A stretch of 64,000 nucleotides of DNA, from positions 2,304,001-2,368,000 of the forward strand of contig OZ219754.1 of assembly GCA_964291295.2 (NCBI GenBank), given 5' to 3'. The translations under genes and the position numbers were made by a program. The notes beneath the pieces were generated by a model. That model was given only the letters and a program-made list of their open reading frames with translations, searched no databases and was not told the origin of the DNA. How positions within the stretch are numbered: position 1 is the first letter of the stretch; every line of letters begins with the position of its first letter. This document shows, in pieces, positions 54,201 to 63,200 of this stretch. The DNA comes from an uncultured Candidatus Binatia bacterium. Its GTDB lineage: Bacteria; Desulfobacterota; Binatia; UBA9968; JAJDTQ01.

Positions 54201-57200
54201 AACACCCGGCGCACCATGGCGGTCACCGTGGTGAGCGATTACCCGGATGGCGCGACGGTCGAGTGGCGGGTGCGGGCCTCGGTCGGCGGCGGTTTGGTTG
54301 GTCCCTGGTCGAACGTTCGGGAAGTTACGCTGCAGAACAGCGAGTTGGCGGCGCTGACACTGACCGGGGCGCCGGTGGCGGTGGCGTCCAGCGGCGACAA
54401 CGCCAGCGCGACCTACACGGTGGCCCTGACCAAGGCGTTCGCGGGCACGCTCAGCATCGCGAGTTCGGACACGTCGAAGGCGACGGTCAGTCCGCCCAGC
54501 CTGACGTTCACGGCGGTTAACTACAGTACCGGGCAGGCGGTCACGGTGACCGGCGTCGATGTCGGCAGCGCAACGATCAATCACGCCTTCCGTCTGACCG
54601 GCGCCACAGCGGACGCGATTGCGAACGCCGGCACGGTGGCGGTGACGGTGGTCGGTCAGCCGGCGGCGCCGGCGGACTTGACGGCTACGCCGGGCAACGG
54701 TCGGGTGACGCTGTCGTGGACCGATCCGGGCGATGCCAGCATCACCGGTTGGGAGTTCCAGCAGAAGGAAGGCGCCGCCGGCAGCTACGGCGCCTGGACA
54801 GCGATTTCCAATTCCGACGCCGAGACCACGAGACACACGGTGACGGGTCTGACCAACGGCACGCTCTATGGCTTCAAGGTGCGGGCGGTGAATCTGGCGG
54901 GCGACGGCGCGGCCTCCGCCGAGGTCACGGAGACGCCGAACGGTGCGCTGCCGCCGGTGCTGACCGGCGCCACTTCGTCGAGCGCCGCCGTGGTCACGCT
55001 CACCTGGACGCACGCCGGCACGGCCCCGGGCGATTTCATCGGCGACCCCGGCGGCGCTCCGCAGATCTATTGGGAGGCGGAGCACCGGCTGAAGGGCGCC
55101 GGCGACAGCGACTGGGACGACTACTCGAACGCCAGCCCCAGTGTGGGCGGAGGCAACACCCGGCGCACCATGGCGGTCACCGTGGTGAGCGATTACCCGG
55201 ATGGCGCGACGGTCGAGTGGCGGGTACGGGCCTCGGTCGGCGGCGGTTCGCATGGTCCCTGGTCGAACGTTCGGGAAGTTACGCTGCAGAACAGCGAGTT
55301 GGCGGCGCTGACACTGACCGGGGCGCCGGTGGCGGTGGCGCCGGGTTCCAGCAAGACCTACACGGTGGCCCTGACCGAGGCGTTTGCGGGCACGCTCAGG
55401 ATCACGAGTTCGGACACGGCGACGGCGACGGTCAATCCGCCCAGCCTGACCTTCACGGCGCAGAACTACAACGTGGCGCAGGACGTGACGGTGACCGGCG
55501 TCAAGGCCGGCAGCGCCACCACCGGCCATGCCTTCCGTCTCACCGGCGCTGCGGCGGATGCGATTCCGAACGCCGGCACGGTGGCGGTGACGGTGGTCGC
55601 CACACCCGCGGCGCCGGCGGGCCTGACGGCGACAGCGGGTGACGCGCAGGTGGAGCTGTCGTGGACCGATCCGGTCAATGCCAGCATCACCGGCTGGGAG
55701 TTCCAGCAGAAGGAAGGCGCCGCCGGCAGCTACGGCGCCTGGACGGCGATCTCCAATTCGGACGCCGAGACCACGAGCCATACGGTGACGGGTCTGACCA
55801 ACGACACGCTCTATGGCTTCAAGGTGCGCGCGGTGAATGGGGCGGGCGCCGGCGCGGCCTCGGCCGAGGTCACGGCGACGCCGGAGAAGCCGGTTTCGCT
55901 GAGCATCGCGGACGTGACGGCGCTGGAGAACGCGGGCACGATGTCGTTCACGGTGACAGCGGACCCGGCCCCGGCCGCGCCGATCACGTTCAGCTACACG
56001 GTGACGGCGGTGACGGCGGCACCACCGGCGGAAAGCGACACGGCGACGGCGGGCGCGGACTTCACGGAGGTGGCGACGGCGACCGAGGTGACCATCGCGG
56101 CGAGCGCCACCACGGCGACGATCGCGGTGACGGTGACGGACGACGCCCTCGACGAGGACGACGAGACCTTCACGGTGACGCTGTCGGGGCAGTCCGCCGG
56201 CGTGCTCTTGGGCGACGCCACCGCAACGGGCACGATCACCGACGACGACCACTCTCCGGTACTGAAGGAGATCAAGGACCAGAGGATCACGCTGGGTGAG
56301 GCCGTGGACATCACGGCATCCGCCACGGACGAGGACGGGGACACGGTGACCTACGCTTGGACGCGCAAGGCGGGCGAGACGCCGGCGATTCCGGGCAGCC
56401 CGACGCTGGACGCGGCGCGCCTGACATTCACGCCGTCTGCGATTGGTACCTACACGATGACGGTGACGGCCTCGGACGGCAACGGCAACACGGACACCGA
56501 GGAGGTGACGATCCGGGTGGTGGCGGCCGTGACGCCGCCGGTACTGACCGGCGCCACTTCGTCGAGCGCCGCCGTGGTCACGCTCACCTGGACGCATTCC
56601 GGCACGGCCCCGGGCGATTTCATCGGCGACCCCGGCGGCGCTCCGCAGATCTACTGGGAGGCGGGGCACCGGCTGAAGGGCGCCGGCGACAGCGATTGGG
56701 ACGACTACTCGAACGCCAGCCCCAGTGTGGGCGGAGGCAACACCCGGCGCACCATGGCGGTCACCGTGGTGAGCGATTACCCGGATGGCGCGACGGTCGA
56801 GTGGCGGGTGCGGGCCTCGGTCGGCGGCGGTTTGGTTGGTCCCTGGTCGAACGTTCGGGAAGTTACGCTGCAGAACAGCGAGTTGGCGGCGCTGACACTG
56901 ACCGGGGCGCCGGTGGCGGTGGCGCCGGGTTCCAGCAAGACCTACACGGTGGCCCTGACCGAGGCGTTTGCGGGCACGCTCAGGATCACGAGTTCGGACA
57001 CGGCGACGGCGACGGTCAATCCGCCCAGCCTGACCTTCACGGCGCAGAACTACAACGTGGCGCAGGACGTGACGGTGACCGGCGTCAAGGCCGGCAGCGC
57101 CACCATCGGCCACGCCTTCCGCCTCACTGGCGCCGCGGCGGATGCGATTCCGAACGCCGGCGCGGTGGCGGTGACGGTCGCTGCCGCCACCAAGCCCGCC

Positions 57201-60200
57201 GCGCCGACCGGTCTGGAGGCGACCCCGGGCAACACCCAGGTGACGTTGTCCTGGGACGACCCGGACGACGATTCCATCACCGGGTATCAGTTGCGGCGGC
57301 GCGGCGGAAGTGGCTGGGGCCGCTGGATCGACATCGCCAGTTCGGACGCCGACACCGTGAACCACACGGTGACGGGTCTGACCAACGGCGCCGAGTACCG
57401 CTTCCGCATCCGGGCGGTGAACGACGTCGGTAACGGCGCGGAGTCTTCGGTGGTGCGGGCGATGCCGACGATCGTGGAACCTGTCACCCTGACCGCCACG
57501 GCCGGGGCGCGCGGCGCCGTGACCTTGAACTGGACGGTCAAGAGCAGCGCCCCCGATCGGCTGGTTGAGGGCGCCGAACGTGTCAGCGGGTGGGAAAGCC
57601 AGTACCGGCTGAAAGGAAGACAGGACTGGAACGGATTCGTCCGCCACACAACCACCGGAGGCGATTCGCGGACCGTCTCGACGAACATGTCGGATCTCAT
57701 TCCGCACGGCGGGATCGTGGAGATTCAGATTCGGCCGACCGGTTCCTCCGGCGCCTCGGTCTCGGCGAGACCAGGTCCCTGGTCGAACACGGCGACGGTC
57801 ACCCTCAGCGACGTCGACGACGCGAATACCGCTCTCAAGTTCACCGGTGTTCCGGTCACGGTGGCGCCGGGCGAGGACGCCACCTACACGGTCCGGCTGA
57901 CCAAGCCCTATGCGGCGGGCACGGTGTCGATCACGAGCAACGCCACGGGCAAGGCGACGGTGGACCCGGCTTCCCTGACGTTCACGAGCTCGGACTGGTT
58001 CACCCCACAGGATGTGACGGTGACCGGCGTGGAGGCCGGCACGGCGACCCTCAACCACTCGTTCCGAGTGACCGGCGCCAGCGCCGACGCGGTTCCCGAC
58101 GCGGGCACGGTGGCGGTGACGGTCGGCGCGGCCCCCACCCCCGGCGTGACGATCTCTGCGACCGAGCTGACGGTGGAGGAAGGCGCCAGCGGCGAGTACA
58201 CGGTGAAGCTGGACACGGCGCCGTCGGCGAACGTGACGGTGACGGTGGGCGGCGAATCGGGCGAGGTGACGGTGACGGGTTCGCCGTTGACGTTCACGCC
58301 GTCGAACTTCGGCACGGCGCAGACGGTGACGGTCAACGCCGGGTCCGACGAGGACACGACGGACGACACGGCGACGCTGACGCATGCGGCGGCCAGCACC
58401 GACACGGACTACGGCGCCTCCCTGGACATCGACGATGTCAGGGTGACGGTGACGGACACGACGCCGACGTTGCAGCTTTCGACGGATCCGGCAGCGGTGA
58501 CGGAGGGCGAGGACATCAGCCTGACGGTGACGTCGGACCGCGCGCTGACGGGCGATCTGACGGTGAGCCTGACGCTTTCGGATCGGGGTTCGAGCGGTTT
58601 CGACGCGGACGACATCCCGGGCGCGCTGGGGCCGCGGAACTTCACTGCTTCGTTTGGCGTCAGCGCCAGCACGACGGGCACGGTGACGATCCCGACCAGC
58701 ACGGACTCGGATGCGGAGGGCGCGGAGACCTACACGATCACGCTGAACGACGGGACCGGTTACGCGCTCGGCGCCGGCAAGACCGCCGACGGCACGCTGA
58801 ACGACCCGCCGCAGTCCCCCGCGCTGAGCATCGCGGACGTGACGGCGGCGGAGGACGGGACGTTCACATTCACGGTGACGGCTGCGCCGGCGTCATCCTC
58901 GGAAGTGACGTTCAAGTACACGGTGACCGCGGAGAGCGGCGACACGGCGACAGCGGACACGGACTTCACGGCGGTGGCGACAGCGACCGCGGCGACGATC
59001 GCGGCGAACGCGAGCAGCACGACGATCACGGTCTCGGTGACCGACGACGCCCTCGACGAGTCGGACGAGACGTTCACGGTGACGCTGTCGGAGCCGTCCT
59101 CCGGCGTGACGCTCTCTGACGCCACCGCAACGGGCAGGATTCAGGACAACGACGATCCGCCGGCCTTGGCCATCGCGGCGCCGGCGGCGGTGACGGAGGG
59201 CGATTCGGGCAGCACGGACATGATCTTCACGGTCGCGCTGGACGCGGCCAGCGGTCGTGCGGTGACAGTGGACTACGCGGTGGATACGACTTCGACGGCG
59301 GCGAATACTGACTTCACGGGCGGCGCCGGCACGCTGACGTTCGCGGCGGGCGACACCAGCACGACGATCACGGTGTCGGTGACGGGCGACGAGCTGGACG
59401 AGGACGACGAGACGGTAGTGCTGAAGCTGTCGAACGCGACCAACGCCAGCATCGGCACGGCGACGGCGACGGGGACGATCACGGACGACGACCCCTCGCC
59501 GTCCCTGTCGATCGCGGCGCCGGCGGCGGTCGCGGAAGGCGACAGCGGCAGCACGGACATGATCTTCACGGTCGCGCTGGACGCGGCCAGCGGTCGTGCG
59601 GTGACAGTGGACTACGCGGTGGATGCGACTTCGACGGCAACGGCGAGCACCGACTTCACGGGCGGCGCCGGCACACTGACGTTTGCGGCGGGCGACACCA
59701 GCAAGACGATCGCGGTGTCGGTGACGGGCGACGAGCTGGACGAGGACGACGAGACGGTAGTGCTGAAGCTGTCGAACGCGACCAACGCCAGCATCGGCAC
59801 GGCGACGGCGACGGGGACGATCACGGACGACGACCCCTCGCCGTCCCTGTCGATCGCGTCGCCGTCGGCGGTCGCGGAAGGCGACAGCGGCAGCACGGAC
59901 ATGACCTTCACGGTCGCGCTGGACGCGGCCAGCGGTCGTGCGGTGACAGTGGACTACGCGGTGGATACGACTTCGACGGCGACGGCGAGCACCGACTTCA
60001 CGGGCGGCGCCGGCACGCTGACGTTTGCGGCGGGCGACACCAGCAAGACGATCGCGGTGTCGGTGACGGGCGACGAGCTGGACGAGGACGACGAGACGGT
60101 GGTGCTGAAGCTGTCGAACGCGACCAACGCCAGCATCGGCACGGCGACGGCGAGCGGCACGATCACGGACGACGACGATCCGGCGCCCGGCGTGACGGTT

Positions 60201-63200
60201 TCCGTCTCCGAGCTGACGGTGACGGAAAGCAGCACCGCCAACTACACCGTGGTGCTGGACTCCCGTCCGGCGGGCGATGTGACGGTCACGCCGGGCAGCA
60301 GCGACACCGGAGCGGCGGCGGTGTCCGATCCGCTGACCTTTACCCGCTTCAACTGGAACAGGCCCCGGACGGTGACGGTCACGGCGGTGCCGGATGGCGA
60401 CACCGGCGACGAGAGCGTCACGGTGAGTCATGCCGTGACCGGCTACGGCAGTGTGAGCGCGGCCCCGTCCGTATCGGTGACGGTGACGGACACGACGCCG
60501 ACGCTGTCCCTGTCTCACGTTCCGGCGGCGGTGATCGAGGGGGCGGCGATCCGTCTGAAGGTGACGTCGGACAAGGCGCTGGCGGGCGGTCTGGCGGTGA
60601 GCCTGACGCTTGAGGACCGGGACACGAGCGGTTTCGACGCGGACGACATTCGGGGCTCCCTGGGTCCGCGCAACTTCATCGCGTCCTTCGGCGCCGCCTT
60701 GAGCACAACAGGGACGGTGACGATCCCGACCCGCACGGATTACAGCACGGAGGGCCAGGAGACCTACCGGATCACCCTGAACGAGGGCGCCGGCTACGCG
60801 GTCGACGAGGACAACAACACGGCCGACGGCACGCTGAACGACGGCACGCCGGTCCTGAGCACCGGTGCGGTCGCGCTGATCGTCGAGGACAAGACGGCGC
60901 CGGAGGGCGAAACGATGTCGTTCACGGTGATCGCTGATCCGGCGCCGTCCTCGCCGATCACGTTCAAGTACACGGTGACGGCGGAGAGCGGCGACACCGC
61001 GACCGCGGGCTCGGACTTCACGGCGGTGACGACGGCGGCAACGGCGACGATCGCGGCGAACGCGACGAGCACGACGATCATCGTGTCGCTCCTCCAGGAC
61101 ACCGAGGTCGAGGGCGACGAGACGTTCACAGTGACGCTGTCGGAGCCATCGTCCGGCGTGACGATCACGGACGCCACCGCGACCGGAACGATCGGCGACG
61201 ACGACGAGGGCATCGCCAGGCCGACCTCGCTGCGCATCACGGCGGTCGAGAACGCGATCACGCTGCGGTGGACCGCCCGGACCGACTCCGAGATCGACAA
61301 GTGGCAGTACCGGTTCAAGAACAAGGAGCGAAGCTGGCGCGGCTGGAACCCGTTCGATGTCAGGAACAGCACGGCGTCGACCCGATCCGTCACCCTGAAC
61401 AAGAGGACCACGTTGCACGGGGGCGTGGGTCAGTATCAGGTCCGGGCGGTGACAGTCGTCCCGATCCGGATCGAGTTTGGCGGAGGCGAGAAGGAGACCT
61501 TCGGTCCGTGGTCGGAGCTGGCGGAGGTGAGCGTCGTCAACACCGACAACCTGGGTCTGGAGTTCAGCGGCGACGGGATCACGAGGACGGGAGGCGCCAG
61601 CGTGGCGTGGAACGCCAGCGTGGCGCAGGGCGCCAGCATCACCTACGGCGTGAGGCTGAGCGCCGCGGCGCTGCCCTACCTGGACCGGACGGCGGAGGTG
61701 ACGCTGAAGAGCGGCAGCGGTGTGCGGACAAGCCCGTCCTCGCTGACGTTCACCCGGGCCGACGCCCGGACCGCGCAGCCGGTGACGATCACGGGCGTTG
61801 CCGCCGGCAGCGCCGCCATCGAGCACGCCGTCCGCTTCCCGGCGCTCGCGCTGCTCGATCCCGCGGGCACGGTGGCGGTGACGGTCGGCGCGCCCCCCGC
61901 CCCCGGCGTGACGATCTCTGCGACCGAGCTGACGGTGGAGGAAGGCGCCAGCGGCGAGTACACGGTGAAGCTGGACACGGCGCCGTCGGCGAACGTGACG
62001 GTTACGGTGGGCGGCGAATCGGGCGAGGTGACGGTGGACCCGTCCTCGCTGACGTTCACGCCGTCGAACTTCGGCACGGCGCAGACGGTGACGGTGACCG
62101 CCGGGTCCGACGAGGACACGACGGACGACACGGCGACGCTGACGCATGCGGCGTCCAGCACCGATGACGACTACGGCGCCTCCCTGGACATCGACGGTGT
62201 CTCGGTGACGGTGACCGACACGACGCCGACGCTGCAGCTTTCGACGGATCCGGCAGCGGTGACGGAGGGCTCGGACATCAGCCTGACGGTGTCGTCGGAC
62301 CGCGCGCTGACGGGCGATCTGACGGTGAGCCTGACGCTTTCGGATCGGGGTTCGAGCGGTTTCGACGCGGACGACATCCCGGGTACGCTGGGCCCGCGCA
62401 ACTTCACCGCGTCCTTCGGCAACACCGCCGGCACGACGGGGACGGTAACGATCCCGACCAGCGCCGACTCGGATACGGAGGGCGCGGAGACCTACACGAT
62501 CACGCTGAACGACGGGACCGGCTACGCGCTCGGGACCGACAAGACCGCCGACGGCACGCTGACCGACCCGCCGCAGTCCCCCGCGCTGAGCATCGCGGAC
62601 GTGACGGCGGCGGAGGACGGGACGTTCGCGTTCACGGTGACGGCTGCGCCGGCGTCATCCTCGGAAGTGACGTTCAAGTACACGGTGACGGCGGAGAGCG
62701 GCGACACGGCGACGGCGGACACGGACTTCACGGCGGTGACGACGGCCACCGCGGCGACGATCGCGGCGAACGCGACGAGCACGACGATCACGGTGTCGGT
62801 GACGGACGACGCCCTCGACGAGTCGGACGAGACGTTCACGGTGACGCTGTCGGAGCCGTCCTCCGGCGTGACGTTCTCTGACGCCACCGCAACGGGCACG
62901 ATCACCGACAACGACGATCCGCCGGCCCTGTCGATCGCGGCGCCGGCGGCGGTTGCGGAGGGCGATTCGGGTAGCACGAACATGGTGTTCACGGTGACGC
63001 TGGGCGCGACCAGCGGCCGGCAGGTTACGGTGGACTACGCGGTGGACAGCACTTCGACGGCGACCTCGGGGGCGGACTTCACGGCCCTGGCGGGTGGCAC
63101 GCTGACCTTTGCCGCCGGCAGCACTGGGGCGGCCCTGGCAAAGACGGTGACTGTGGCGGTGACCGGCGACGAGCTGGACGAGGCGGACGAGACGGTGGTG

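Noticed and set aside
49062-58385. 3107-aa minus-strand ORF (also 46512..48572 and 58893..62147)
   Set aside because: Arg/His-rich antisense shadows of the giant + strand gene, caused by GC and codon bias.
52100-63000. Diversity-generating retroelement TR/VR pair
   Set aside because: No reverse transcriptase in the window; differences are not adenine-specific; the repeats are in-frame domains.
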